A DNA stretch of 64,000 bases from a virus. This document shows positions 1 through 10,022 of this stretch, in pieces. The notes below the pieces were generated by a model. It was given only the letters and a program-made list of their open reading frames with translations. It made no database searches and was not told the origin of the DNA. Position numbers and translations under genes: made by a program. Position 1 is the first letter of the stretch. Each line of letters opens with the position of its first letter. The stretch spans positions 40,926 through 104,925 of the IMG/VR virus record IMGVR_UViG_3300017782_004332; one strand, 5' to 3'.

Positions 1-186
1 GCCGGCGATGGAACCTATGGCGATCTAATTGAAATGGGTATTATTGATCCTACTAAGGTTACAAAAACTGCCCTTATCAACGCGGCGTCAGTGGCTGGTT
101 TAATGTTAACTACAAATTGTGCTATTAACTTTGTTCCTGCAAAGGAAGGTGAAGCACCGGCTAACATGCCACCACAAATGATGTAA
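1..186 (+). CDS. groEL: Chaperonin GroEL, C-terminal end (partial)
   Basis: Frame 1 reads ...[32 protein letters not shown]...PPQMM*, matching the GroEL C-terminal signature GIIDPxKVT...NAASVA. Confidence 0.93.
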   Translation, partial: AGDGTYGDLIEMGIIDPTKVTKTALINAASVAGLMLTTNCAINFVPAKEGEAPANMPPQMM

Positions 187-204
187 TCAAAGCATTACCG
201 GATT

Positions 205-229
205 AAGGGGGAGCAATCCCCCTTTTTTT
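205..229 (+). terminator. Rho-independent terminator after groEL
   Basis: GGGGGA-GCAA-TCCCCC stem with GNRA loop followed by T7. Confidence 0.9.
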
Positions 230-269
230 GTGGCCGAATCAAGCAGTTATCTTATTAAATACTTTTGGC

Positions 270-275
270 TAAATA
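270..275 (+). promoter_or_regulatory. T4-late-like promoter box TAAATA
   Basis: TAAATA upstream of AAGGA SD and ATG 296; the same box precedes most structural genes in the window. Confidence 0.65.
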
Positions 276-295
276 ATAGTACATAAGGACATAAC

Positions 296-2065
296 ATGGC
301 AGATAACTACATTACAAATTATAACGGTTCTATTACCGCATTAAGCGATAATATTGATGTTAACGGAAAATCAATACAAGGTGCTGAAGTAAACATCAGA
401 ACAAACGCTTCCAACGGTGACGTTAACATTGATGCTAACGGCACAGGTAATGTTGTACTTTCCGGATTGAAATTTCCCAATACTGATGGTAATCCCAATG
501 ATGTATTAATTACAGATAGTTTTGGAAATTTAAGTTTTGCTCCACCATCAGCAGGTGGTGCAAGTGGTAGTTATTATTGGCAAGTTGCCGCAGATGATTC
601 AACAGAAATTAGAGTCCTTTCAGATAACACAATTAAATTTATTGGTGGTACTGGGTTAACTTCTGCATCTGATGCACAAGGTAATATTACATTTAATCAA
701 GTATCAAATGACTTTTCATTAACAGGAGAAGCAACTGCTTCCGCTGTATCATATGATGGTACAGGTAACGTAGCGTTGTCAGTAACACTTGATCATAATG
801 CATTAGATACTGAATACTTAAGATTAGACGGAACAACACAACCGGCAGGAGCATTGAACTTTAATGGACAAAATGTTACAAATGCTGGAGCAATTACAGC
901 AACAAGTTTTACAGGACCACTTACAGGAAACACAACAGGGTATCACACAGGTGACGTAAAAGGTAGTGTTGTTGCAGATGACAGTACACTTATTGTCGAT
1001 GCTGTAGGCGGCGGTGTTCCTTTTACAAGAATATTAAATAAACCAACCGATGTTGCAGGTTATGGAATTACAGATGCACTTGCACTTTCAAGTTTAAGTG
1101 TTGGAGCAGATGCTTCAGCAAGTGGCAGTGGTGGAATTGCATTTAATGATGGAACAGGTGTTTTCACTTACACTCCACCAGACTTTACGCCTTATCTAAC
1201 TGCTGAAACAGATACACTAGATAATGTAACTGGCAGAGGTGCTACAACAACAAACGATATTACAGTTGGAACAATTACAACAACAGGTACTAATGCAATT
1301 ACAACTGCTGATTTAACAATTTCCGGAACTACAATTAGAGGAACTACTTCAAATTCAAATATTGAAATTGATCCTTCTGGAACTGGTGTTGTAGATATTA
1401 AGTCTGGTATTACTATGCCAGATGCGTCTAACTTTACTATTGGTACAGGAAATACTATTGCAGGCGCAGGAGCCAATGTATTAGATGTTGCTTCACAAAC
1501 ATTAACACTAAAAGCAAATACATTTACAGTTAAAAACTTTGCCGATGATAATACGTTGTTGAGTGCAAACAATGGTGGTAATGTTCACTTATACTATAAC
1601 AATGTAGCAAAACTAAACACTAGTGCAGATGGTGTTGCTGTTACAGGTGAACTAGAAGTTTCAACAAATTTAAATGTTACAGGAGACATAGGTAGTGCTA
1701 ACCTAACAAATGGTAGAATTACTTTTGCTACAACAAATGGTGTTCTTACAGACAATCCAAAACTAACTTGGAATGGTGCAACACTTGATGTTAATGGTAC
1801 AGTTGATGCAACTACTGTTGAGACAGAAGGATTAACGATTACACAAAACGATATTAGTGGTACACGTTCAAATGAAAACTTAACTATCGCCGCTAATGGT
1901 ACAGGAAAAGTACAAATTGATGATCCTATGGTAGTTGGTGCAACACTAGAAACAACAATTGGTTCAGATGGCGCGGCGGCTGGATTGCCGGCGGCACCAG
2001 AACGATATTTAAAAATTAACGTTAATGGAGCAGATTATAAAATTCCATTATACTTAATATCATAG
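296..2065 (+). CDS. Tail fibre/virion structural protein
   Basis: 589 aa, G/T/N/S-rich beta repeats, AADDST and 'I...NGTG.V' motifs typical of myophage fibres. Confidence 0.65.
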   Translation: MADNYITNYNGSITALSDNIDVNGKSIQGAEVNIRTNASNGDVNIDANGTGNVVLSGLKFPNTDGNPNDVLITDSFGNLSFAPPSAGGASGSYYWQVAADDSTEIRVLSDNTIKFIGGTGLTSASDAQGNITFNQVSNDFSLTGEATASAVSYDGTGNVALSVTLDHNALDTEYLRLDGTTQPAGALNFNGQNVTNAGAITATSFTGPLTGNTTGYHTGDVKGSVVADDSTLIVDAVGGGVPFTRILNKPTDVAGYGITDALALSSLSVGADASASGSGGIAFNDGTGVFTYTPPDFTPYLTAETDTLDNVTGRGATTTNDITVGTITTTGTNAITTADLTISGTTIRGTTSNSNIEIDPSGTGVVDIKSGITMPDASNFTIGTGNTIAGAGANVLDVASQTLTLKANTFTVKNFADDNTLLSANNGGNVHLYYNNVAKLNTSADGVAVTGELEVSTNLNVTGDIGSANLTNGRITFATTNGVLTDNPKLTWNGATLDVNGTVDATTVETEGLTITQNDISGTRSNENLTIAANGTGKVQIDDPMVVGATLETTIGSDGAAAGLPAAPERYLKINVNGADYKIPLYLIS

Positions 2066-2073
2066 GATAGATA

Positions 2074-2538
2074 ATGACAGACTTTATACAAAATATTAAT
2101 TTAAGTTGGGATAGCACAGAAACTAATCCTGTACTAGCAGGCGACCTTGACACGAATAACAATAACATCACAAGTTCAAATAATGCTAATATTAATATTG
2201 TTCCTAATGGAGCAGGTCAACTAATCCTTGATACTGTTAAAGTAGTAGGTAATACTATTAGTACAGTTAACGGACAACCATTAACATTTAGTAATAACGT
2301 AACATTCTCAGGAACAGTAGAAACAGCAGGTGCAGGTACTCCTGTGCTAGAAAGTAGTACTGATATAGAACTTGATGCAACTAATAGAGTTATTATTAAA
2401 AACTCACCTTTTAAATTAACTTCGTATACTACAACTGCAAGAAACGCTCTTTCAGCACAAAACGGTGATATGATTTATAATTCTACTACAAATAAGTTTC
2501 AAGGATATGCAAACGGTTCTTGGGTCGACTTACATTAA
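2074..2538 (+). CDS. Virion structural (tail fibre-like) protein
   Basis: PVLAGDLDTN motif and C-terminal 'TTTARNALSAQNGDMIYNSTTNKFQGY..W' phage fibre motif. Confidence 0.6.
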   Translation: MTDFIQNINLSWDSTETNPVLAGDLDTNNNNITSSNNANINIVPNGAGQLILDTVKVVGNTISTVNGQPLTFSNNVTFSGTVETAGAGTPVLESSTDIELDATNRVIIKNSPFKLTSYTTTARNALSAQNGDMIYNSTTNKFQGYANGSWVDLH

Positions 2539-2549
2539 GGTAGGATATA

Positions 2550-4613
2550 ATGGCTGATAACAGGTATTACGAATTAGCAACACACAACGAAGCACAATTT
2601 GATGAATTGTTTCTAGAGATAACAGGAACAGCATCAAGCCCAGATACAATTCCAGATAGAGCAGTTGAAAACACAGAATACTTTCAACATAGTCCTGTGC
2701 GTGGAGAATTTTTACTTACTGACGATGAAGCAGAAAATTTAAAAACAGATGCAAGAATAAAATACATTCAACTATCACCAGACAAGTATCCTGATATTTT
2801 TAACGCAACTGAAGATGACCTTCGTGCAGACGTTACAGGTAATGAATATGAAAGATATAGTTTTTCTGTTAAGAACTATCAGTTCTGGGCAAATAGTGGG
2901 GCGATATCAAGTGCATTTGGTACAGGCGCGGCAGATCTTAATCATGCATCAAATCAACTTTATAGAATGGGTCAACAAAGAAACCCATGGATTGTAAGTG
3001 GTACTAGTAGTACAACTGCTATCTCAGATACTATTACACAACGAGGTGCAGGAGAAGATATAGATATTATTTGTGCTGATAACGGAACATGGATTGGCCA
3101 TGTTGAATTTATTAATACAGGTGTTACTAATGCTGTTAATCCAGATGATTACACAGGCGGTAATGTTTTACCCGGCAACGGATATTGTGATGTATTAGAT
3201 GTTATTTTAGATGGACCTTATTATATAGATCCAGATTGGTTTAACGCTGATGCGGCGACTAGATTAACCACACGTTGGGACGGAACAACAGTGCCTGTAG
3301 AAAGTGTTGCTAGAACATGGTGGGGAAACAGTTCTCAACGTTCTGCCGCATTTGCTAGTGCAGGAACAGTAACAATAAGTTCATTTTACACAAGAGATGG
3401 TGTACATGGATCTAACACAACACATCCAACAGGTGCCGCGGCTACACACGGAACTCAGTGTGCAAGTTTGATATACGGTCGTACACACGGTTGGGCATAC
3501 AACGCAAACAAATGGCATTTAAATTTATACGGCGCTAGTAACGCAGGGTCAATTGAGCGTGGGTTTGATATTCAAAAGATTTTCCATGAAAACAAACCTA
3601 ACAATTCAAGATACGGAACTAAAGATCCAACTATAAGTTCAAACAGTTGGGGATATAGAGCAGACAAGTCAGGAACACATTATTATTTTCGTGATAGCGG
3701 AGCAGTAAGTTATCCTGGATCAGTTGACGAACCAGAATTTTTAAAGTATATGGGTATAGATGGAGATGGTGGTCGTTGGAAATCAGAATTTTATGATAAT
3801 AGTTTAACTCAGGCTGGAGAAGAATTAGTAAACAGTGGAGTTATTTTTGTAGTGGCGGCTGGCAACAGTGGACAGATGCAAGTTAATCCAAGCCATCCTA
3901 ATTACGATAATAGAATTGCTAACAATAATACTGATAGTTTTTACAATACCACTTACAGTAGTTTTGGTTATAGTGTTACAGGGTCTACAAATAGAAGAGG
4001 TTTCCCACAACACATTGGTAAATCAGTAAGTCAAAGTTCACAAGGTGATACAGTAAACTTTCCTGCTATTAACGTAGGAGCACTAGATGATTCATTTCAA
4101 ACTGGTCCATTAGAACGTAAAGTTAATTATAGTGATATGGGGAATGCTATTGACTTATACGCACCTGCAGACGGAACACTTGCGGCGGCAGTAGGAACAT
4201 ATGGAACTGATGTTGCACGTCATGATGATACTTACACAGATCTATCAACAACAGATTGTCGTGATACACGCTTTAGTGGTACTTCAGCGGCATGTCCAGT
4301 TGCGGCAGGATTTTTAGCAACTATCTTACAATACAATAGAGGTTGGACTTATACTGATGTACGAAATTGGATTACAACTAATGTTCAAGGTGTTGACAGC
4401 ACCAACGAATTTTATGTAGGCACAGAAGATACTACAGCCGAAAGCGCCGGTTGGGCTGATCGCAACAAACCACAAAATAGTGCAGATGATGTACGAGTTC
4501 TTTATCTAGCACCTTTTACAATTTCAACACCCGACCCACAAACAAACCCTACTGTTTCAATTGGTAATGGATTAACGTTCAGTAAAGGTCTAGTTCTTAA
4601 AAGACGTGTGTAG
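2550..4613 (+). CDS. Subtilisin-like (S8) serine peptidase, probably virion-associated
   Basis: Catalytic motifs ICADNG (D), THGTQCAS (H), VAAGN oxyanion, FSGTSAACP (S). Confidence 0.88.
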   Translation: MADNRYYELATHNEAQFDELFLEITGTASSPDTIPDRAVENTEYFQHSPVRGEFLLTDDEAENLKTDARIKYIQLSPDKYPDIFNATEDDLRADVTGNEYERYSFSVKNYQFWANSGAISSAFGTGAADLNHASNQLYRMGQQRNPWIVSGTSSTTAISDTITQRGAGEDIDIICADNGTWIGHVEFINTGVTNAVNPDDYTGGNVLPGNGYCDVLDVILDGPYYIDPDWFNADAATRLTTRWDGTTVPVESVARTWWGNSSQRSAAFASAGTVTISSFYTRDGVHGSNTTHPTGAAATHGTQCASLIYGRTHGWAYNANKWHLNLYGASNAGSIERGFDIQKIFHENKPNNSRYGTKDPTISSNSWGYRADKSGTHYYFRDSGAVSYPGSVDEPEFLKYMGIDGDGGRWKSEFYDNSLTQAGEELVNSGVIFVVAAGNSGQMQVNPSHPNYDNRIANNNTDSFYNTTYSSFGYSVTGSTNRRGFPQHIGKSVSQSSQGDTVNFPAINVGALDDSFQTGPLERKVNYSDMGNAIDLYAPADGTLAAAVGTYGTDVARHDDTYTDLSTTDCRDTRFSGTSAACPVAAGFLATILQYNRGWTYTDVRNWITTNVQGVDSTNEFYVGTEDTTAESAGWADRNKPQNSADDVRVLYLAPFTISTPDPQTNPTVSIGNGLTFSKGLVLKRRV

Positions 4614-4628
4614 TTTATAATAGTAGCA

Positions 4629-4634
4629 TAAATA
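4629..4634 (+). promoter_or_regulatory. Late promoter box TAAATA
   Basis: Intergenic TAAATA followed by GAGGG SD and ATG 4661. Confidence 0.6.
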
Positions 4635-4660
4635 CTTTTGAGCGAAACAGAGGGTATATT

Positions 4661-4939
4661 ATGGATTTTTTAACGTTTATCGGTGAAGTTGGTTTTCCTA
4701 TAGCAGGAGCAATCGCCGCAGGCGTATTTGTTTTCACAACATTAAAATTTATTCTAGCAAGTGTAACAGGATCTGTACAAGGTCTTAAAAATATTATCAA
4801 TGCACTAGACAATCGTGTGCAAACAATGAATAATGATCTAATTAAAATTGATGCCCTACTATCTCATGTAGTTGGGGTTAAACCTAACATAGAAAGATTA
4901 GCCGCGAACGAAGGCAAGGAAGATGCAAGGAGAGATTAA
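4661..4939 (+). CDS. Small membrane protein, YvrJ-like (GFPI motif) with coiled coil
   Basis: EVGFPIAGAIAAG TM segment then heptad-rich tail; paralogous to 5321..5641. Confidence 0.55.
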   Translation: MDFLTFIGEVGFPIAGAIAAGVFVFTTLKFILASVTGSVQGLKNIINALDNRVQTMNNDLIKIDALLSHVVGVKPNIERLAANEGKEDARRD

Positions 4940-5122
4940 ATGATTTGGATGGACTACCTCGTAGAAAGTTTCCCAGACGGAAGTTTCACAGTTAAAGGTG
5001 ATTGGCCACAAGAAGTAATGGGCAAACAAAAAGATGGTGCCGACAAAGGTTATGCATTATATAAACCAGGTGACAAGTTTGTTGTTGACAACAACGGTAT
5101 TTTAAGGAAAGTAAACGCATGA
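4940..5122 (+). CDS. Hypothetical protein
   Basis: 60 aa ORF abutting neighbours, AGGAG upstream. Confidence 0.55.
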   Translation: MIWMDYLVESFPDGSFTVKGDWPQEVMGKQKDGADKGYALYKPGDKFVVDNNGILRKVNA

Positions 5123-5319
5123 AGAATTTTTATAGAACAGTAACAGGCCATAAACCAACTGACGATTTTTTGCAAAGACAAGGTATCTGGTACGATAGCG
5201 ATATGATTAAATCAGTTCTTATTGGTTTAGCAATAGGAGTTGCACTTGGATTCATTTGGGGATTTGGTGTAGGTGCTCCAGACTTTAGTGGACTCGTATC
5301 CACAGGAATAACAGGATAG
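5119..5319 (+). CDS. Hypothetical membrane protein
   Basis: ATGA overlap with upstream gene; one hydrophobic segment. Confidence 0.55.
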   Translation: MKNFYRTVTGHKPTDDFLQRQGIWYDSDMIKSVLIGLAIGVALGFIWGFGVGAPDFSGLVSTGITG

Positions 5320-5320
5320 T

Positions 5321-5641
5321 ATGACATCAGAGTTAGCGGCGGCAATAAAAGACTTTGGCTTTCCTATTGTTGCGGCAATGGGTTTAGGTTACTTTGTCTA
5401 CTATGTTTGGCAATGGGTAACACTACAAGTTAAACCTGTTCTAAGTGATGCTAGTGCAACACTTATTAAATTAGTAGATCGTATTCGTATGCTAGACAAC
5501 GATATGATTAGACTAAACACAAAATTATCTATGATACTTGAATACTATCAGAAAAAAGGTATGGAACCTGATAAGGATCTAGAAAAAGTTATTACAAAAT
5601 ATCAATCTCAAAGTAATACACTTAAACAAGATAAAAAATAA
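5321..5641 (+). CDS. Small membrane protein, YvrJ-like (GFPI motif) with coiled coil
   Basis: DFGFPIVAAMGLG; shares DR..M.ND.I motif with 4661..4939. Confidence 0.55.
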   Translation: MTSELAAAIKDFGFPIVAAMGLGYFVYYVWQWVTLQVKPVLSDASATLIKLVDRIRMLDNDMIRLNTKLSMILEYYQKKGMEPDKDLEKVITKYQSQSNTLKQDKK

Positions 5642-7687
5642 TTATTTGGTTGTTGCTATAAAGACGCCGTTCCAGTCTTTAGGTAAGTCTTGTGTTTTCT
5701 GATATTTACAACGTTCAATCCACATATCATAATAAGCATCCATTTGTCCATCAAATTGTCCTTTAAGGTCTTTACACATTTTAATAGCAATATCAAAACG
5801 TTGATCTTTATATTCTTTGTGCATATGATCGTGTAGTTCTTTTGCCTTAGCATGATCTTTTATAACAATATCTAATACTGTCCATATACCTATTCCTACA
5901 CTCTTGCCTTTAACAGCAAGATCATCTACTTTTAAGTAGAAGAAATCATTCTTAGTTGCTTTATAAGTTGTTTCACCTACTAATAGCAAACATCCGTATT
6001 CTTTACACTTGCTTTCAATTCTTGCGGCTGTGCTGACGGCATCACCAAGTACATCGTAGGAGTGTCTTGCTGTCGACCCCATTTCTCCAAGGTAACCAAG
6101 TCCGGAGTTAATACCCGCTCCCATACCGATGGCTGGCCTTCCTTCTGCTGTAATTTTTTCATTAAACTTCTCCACTGCTCGTAGCATATTCAATCCAGTG
6201 CGGACTGCACTCTTAGGATGATCTGGATCATCAAGTGGTGCACCATGTACATGCATACTTGCATCTCCTATATACTTAATTATCATTCCGTTTTCGTTTA
6301 AAACAGGTAAAGTAATAGCGTCCATATATGAGTTCATAAGTGTTGTCAATCCTTTTACATCATCTCCAAAACTTTCACCCAAAGGAGTAAAGCCTCTCAG
6401 ATCACTGAAGCAGATTGAAATTTCTTTCTTCATGCCTTCTTTGATCAGTGCAGGATTTTCTTGTAGCATACGCACAACTGTTGGTGATGCATATCCTGCG
6501 AACTGTTTCTTAATTGCTTGTTTTTCAAAGAACTCTTTGGAAAATCGATTGAACACAGAATGGAAACCAACAATAGTAGTTACTAGTACTATCCAACTCC
6601 AATCCCATAACTGTAGATGCCCTATAAACGCTGTATAAGCACCGTACACAGGCGCTATGATTACTGTAAGCATAGTAGTACCAACGACCCAGTAAGGCGC
6701 TTTAAACGCTATTATAATTAGAATAAGACCTATAATAGTAGCAGTTATATACTCTAAAAACGTAGCATAATCAAAACGTACAATAGTATCCCCATTAATG
6801 ATAGTTTGGAGACTTGTGCCTATAAGTTCGTGTGCATATCGTTCTCCGTTTGGAGTAGCAATAATACTGCCTATACCTTCTGCTGTAGTTCCAATAATAA
6901 CTGTTTTGCCTGCAAATTGTGTGTAATCTTGTTCTGTTATACTGTAGGTAGGAAACTGCTTGTTCCAACGTAGCCATATCTGTCCATTTGCATCTGTTTT
7001 GATTGTGGCGTACTTTGGAATACGCATTGCAGTAATACCGCCTTCTTGCGTTTTAACTTGATAACTTGGATCTCCAACAGCAACTCTGATGGCTTCAATT
7101 GCTATAGCAGGATATGTTTCGTTGCCTACACGTACAATAAGTGGCATTCTACGTACAACCCCGTCTATCTCTGAACCTGTGTTTAAAACTCCAACACCGT
7201 CTGCATTTAATCCTAATAATTCTATTGGTCCTAACATGCCAGGCCATTCAAACAACCATGGCATAGGATCGCCTATCTTAGCAACACCTCGTGGTACAGA
7301 ATTCTTGTTTGCATTTCGCGAACCTACTTGTCCTATGACTACAGCATTACCTACTAATGCTTGAGCAAGTTCCATGTCACCACCAAGTCTATCTTCCTCT
7401 GAAAATAATATAGGCAGTACAATTACTCCTGCACCTGACTCACGTAACTTCCATATAACATCAGCGAGTACTGAACGTTTCCAAGGCCATTGCCCATACT
7501 GCTCGATCGCTTTTTCGTCTATCTCAAGTATGGCGATATCTTCGCTAACAACTGGAGTATCGTATTGTTGAACAACATCAAATGCTTTTAGTCTCAATAG
7601 TTGCTTAACATAAGGATCTGAAAATCCGTATATTGTAAGAAATGCTAAAGTAATCAGGGCGGTTGCCCAGTGGGTTACATATTTCAT
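5642..7687 (-). CDS. CHASE2-domain class III adenylate/guanylate cyclase
   Basis: CHASE2 motifs IDEKAI..GQWPW.R and DGVVRR; three TM helices; cyclase motifs FSDLRGFT, KYIGDA, GMGAGINSG, GDAVSTAARIES. Start moved from 7693 to 7687 to fit TAAATA-N5-ATG. Confidence 0.92.
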   Translation of the reverse strand: MKYVTHWATALITLAFLTIYGFSDPYVKQLLRLKAFDVVQQYDTPVVSEDIAILEIDEKAIEQYGQWPWKRSVLADVIWKLRESGAGVIVLPILFSEEDRLGGDMELAQALVGNAVVIGQVGSRNANKNSVPRGVAKIGDPMPWLFEWPGMLGPIELLGLNADGVGVLNTGSEIDGVVRRMPLIVRVGNETYPAIAIEAIRVAVGDPSYQVKTQEGGITAMRIPKYATIKTDANGQIWLRWNKQFPTYSITEQDYTQFAGKTVIIGTTAEGIGSIIATPNGERYAHELIGTSLQTIINGDTIVRFDYATFLEYITATIIGLILIIIAFKAPYWVVGTTMLTVIIAPVYGAYTAFIGHLQLWDWSWIVLVTTIVGFHSVFNRFSKEFFEKQAIKKQFAGYASPTVVRMLQENPALIKEGMKKEISICFSDLRGFTPLGESFGDDVKGLTTLMNSYMDAITLPVLNENGMIIKYIGDASMHVHGAPLDDPDHPKSAVRTGLNMLRAVEKFNEKITAEGRPAIGMGAGINSGLGYLGEMGSTARHSYDVLGDAVSTAARIESKCKEYGCLLLVGETTYKATKNDFFYLKVDDLAVKGKSVGIGIWTVLDIVIKDHAKAKELHDHMHKEYKDQRFDIAIKMCKDLKGQFDGQMDAYYDMWIERCKYQKTQDLPKDWNGVFIATTK

Positions 7688-7692
7688 ACTCA

Positions 7693-7798
7693 TATTTACC
7701 TAGTCAGACCGTCAAATTTCCAACATTCTTGTTGTACAAATTATTTCGACCGTCAAAATTTTGTACCAGCATTATTTGTGGGGTGGCGTTGGTAAATA
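7693..7798. promoter_or_regulatory. Divergent late promoter region (TAAATA on - at 7693-7698 and on + at 7793-7798) with GACCGTCAAA direct repeat
   Basis: Two outward-facing TAAATA boxes; GACCGTCAAA at 7707-7716 and 7748-7757. Confidence 0.65.
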
Positions 7799-7814
7799 CG
7801 TATGGAGGGCAATA

Positions 7815-8285
7815 ATGCGTAATAACATAACATTTAGAGTAGTACCACTAATCGGACTATTAATCGTTACTTTAACAGCAAATTCTGTTGCTAGTGAACT
7901 AGTACATGAATTCAAGAATCCTTCCTTCTCAGGACAGGGTTATAGTAACCATGTCTTGTCAATAGAACAATTACAATTCCAACGTAAAAAAGAAGCACAG
8001 GAAAAGGCAGAGGCAGATGCGGCCAAGGCTAAGCGTGAAGCAGAAAGCACTACACTAGCAAAGTTCTTGAACAATGTGGAATCTCGAATTTATGCTCAAC
8101 TCTCTAAACAGTTAGTAGATAATATGTTTACTGACGATGGAGACACATCAGGCACTGCTGAGATTGAAGGTGCAACAATTTATTGGGTCAAAGATACTAC
8201 CTCGGATACTATTACTGTAACAATTACAAATGAAGACGGTACTACCACAGAGATAGTTGTTCCATTAAGCGGATTTGGATTTTAA
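7815..8285 (+). CDS. csgF: Curli assembly protein CsgF-like
   Basis: Signal peptide then SELVHEFKNPSFSG (cf. CsgF F.F.NP.FGG) and FL..VESRIYAQLS; start at ATG 7815 after GGAGGG. Confidence 0.82.
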   Translation: MRNNITFRVVPLIGLLIVTLTANSVASELVHEFKNPSFSGQGYSNHVLSIEQLQFQRKKEAQEKAEADAAKAKREAESTTLAKFLNNVESRIYAQLSKQLVDNMFTDDGDTSGTAEIEGATIYWVKDTTSDTITVTITNEDGTTTEIVVPLSGFGF

Positions 8286-9324
8286 GAAAATGAGTAAGAT
8301 ATTGGGTCTGTTTGTGTTATTAACACTACTAGGTGGCTGTGCGACTACTATGCCCGATTCTATGGTCAAAGATCCACAAGCGGCAAGAAGTCCTATTGCA
8401 AGTATTTTAAAAACAACACCTGAGTTAGACGGACCATTAATCACTATAGCACTTTATAGTTTTACAGATAAAACAGGACAACGTAAGCCTAGTCAAAATT
8501 TTAGTCAATTAAGTTCAGCAGTTACACAAGGTGCTGAAGTTTGGGTCATTGACGCACTACAAAAAGTAGGTAATGGAACTTACTTTACAGTTTTAGAAAG
8601 AATAGGATTAGATAATTTAGTAAAAGAAAGGCAATTAATTAGATCAACAAGGGAGATATATGAAGGCAAGAAAGGGCAGAATAAATTAAAACCAATGAAG
8701 TTTGCAGGTTTAATTTTAGAAGGCGGTGTTGTTGGTTATGACTCGAACATAACCAGTGGTGGCACAGGAGCAAGATACTTTGGTATCGGTGCTAACACAC
8801 AATATCGTACTGACAAAGTTACAGTTGCAATAAGAATTGTGAGTGTACAAACTGGAGAAGTATTATTAAGTGTAGCCACTGAAAAAACAATCGCCAGTTA
8901 TTCGTCCGGAGCGGATGTATTTAGGTTTCTTGATTTAGGGACAAAAGCATTAGAAATTGAGGCTGGTGCGGCAATCAATGAACCGACCAATTATGCTGTG
9001 AGGTCCGCTATTGAAGCGGCTATAGTTGAATTGGTGAAAAATGGAGAAATAAAAGGTCTTTGGAAGTTTAAAGGAAAAGTGTACAAAGAAAAAGTTGTAG
9101 AGGTGCCGAACCAACACAATGAAGTCAAAGTAGATACTCCTTTACCAAACCTCCGCCCACTGCCAGACGTTGAGGCGTTTAAAAAGTGGCCGGGTCAGAC
9201 TTTGTATTGTTCAGAGGATAATCTGTGTATACCATCAGATGTTGCTGTGATGCAGTTCAAGTATGAAAGACTGAGACAAGAAAACAAAGAAAACAAAGAT
9301 AGCGAGGATAATAATGATGAATAA
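8275..9324 (+). CDS. csgG: Curli secretion channel CsgG-like lipoprotein
   Basis: Lipobox LLGGC; FTDKTGQRKP, SSAVTQGA, VLERIGLDNLVKERQLIR, EGGVVGYD, YRTDKVTV, NEP motifs of CsgG. Confidence 0.92.
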   Translation: MDFKKMSKILGLFVLLTLLGGCATTMPDSMVKDPQAARSPIASILKTTPELDGPLITIALYSFTDKTGQRKPSQNFSQLSSAVTQGAEVWVIDALQKVGNGTYFTVLERIGLDNLVKERQLIRSTREIYEGKKGQNKLKPMKFAGLILEGGVVGYDSNITSGGTGARYFGIGANTQYRTDKVTVAIRIVSVQTGEVLLSVATEKTIASYSSGADVFRFLDLGTKALEIEAGAAINEPTNYAVRSAIEAAIVELVKNGEIKGLWKFKGKVYKEKVVEVPNQHNEVKVDTPLPNLRPLPDVEAFKKWPGQTLYCSEDNLCIPSDVAVMQFKYERLRQENKENKDSEDNNDE

Positions 9325-10021
9325 ATCATTTGCAATAAGAAATATCCTTTTTGTGGCTATGTTAATCTTTATTTCACCGGTGCAGGCGAATGACATTTAC
9401 ATTCAACAGTCAGGTGACAATTTGGATTTAGATATATCACAAGACGGACAAAACAACGTAATCGGTACATCACAAACTGGTGTGACTCTTACCGGTAACG
9501 CCATGACGTTTAACATTGACCAAATTGGTGGTGCTAACGTTGTATCAGCAATAGTTAAAGGTGTAACTTACACAGGTAATATTGATCTTACTGGTGACAG
9601 TAATGATGTAGCATTACTCTGTGATAGTGCAGGAGCAGGAAACTGTGATACTGTAAGTTTGAGTATTGACATAACTGGTTCAAGTGCAGATATTAATGTA
9701 AGTGTAGGTGAAGCGGCAGACGCAGAAACCTTCACTGGTACAATAGATATCACAAGTGGTGCATCTGAAACAGTTACACTAACAGTAGACGGTAAAAGTG
9801 CAATAGCAGATATTGACATTTCAAACAGTTTAGGTAGTGCAGGTAATACAGCAGTGATTGACATTAATGATGATGGCGATGTCAACGGACACACTTTAAC
9901 ACACAGTCATACAGGAGATGGCGGATTGATTAATATTACGCAGAGCGGGTTATACGATAATATAATTAATCTTACAACCAGTGGTGACAGTGCTGATATC
10001 GACATAACGCAGGACGATTAA
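9314..10021 (+). CDS. Secreted curlin-repeat-like protein
   Basis: Signal peptide (VQA|ND); NDIYIQQSGDN, DISQDGQNN, NITQSG, DITQDD repeats; follows csgG. Confidence 0.72.
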   Translation: MMNKSFAIRNILFVAMLIFISPVQANDIYIQQSGDNLDLDISQDGQNNVIGTSQTGVTLTGNAMTFNIDQIGGANVVSAIVKGVTYTGNIDLTGDSNDVALLCDSAGAGNCDTVSLSIDITGSSADINVSVGEAADAETFTGTIDITSGASETVTLTVDGKSAIADIDISNSLGSAGNTAVIDINDDGDVNGHTLTHSHTGDGGLINITQSGLYDNIINLTTSGDSADIDITQDD

Positions 10022-10022
10022 C

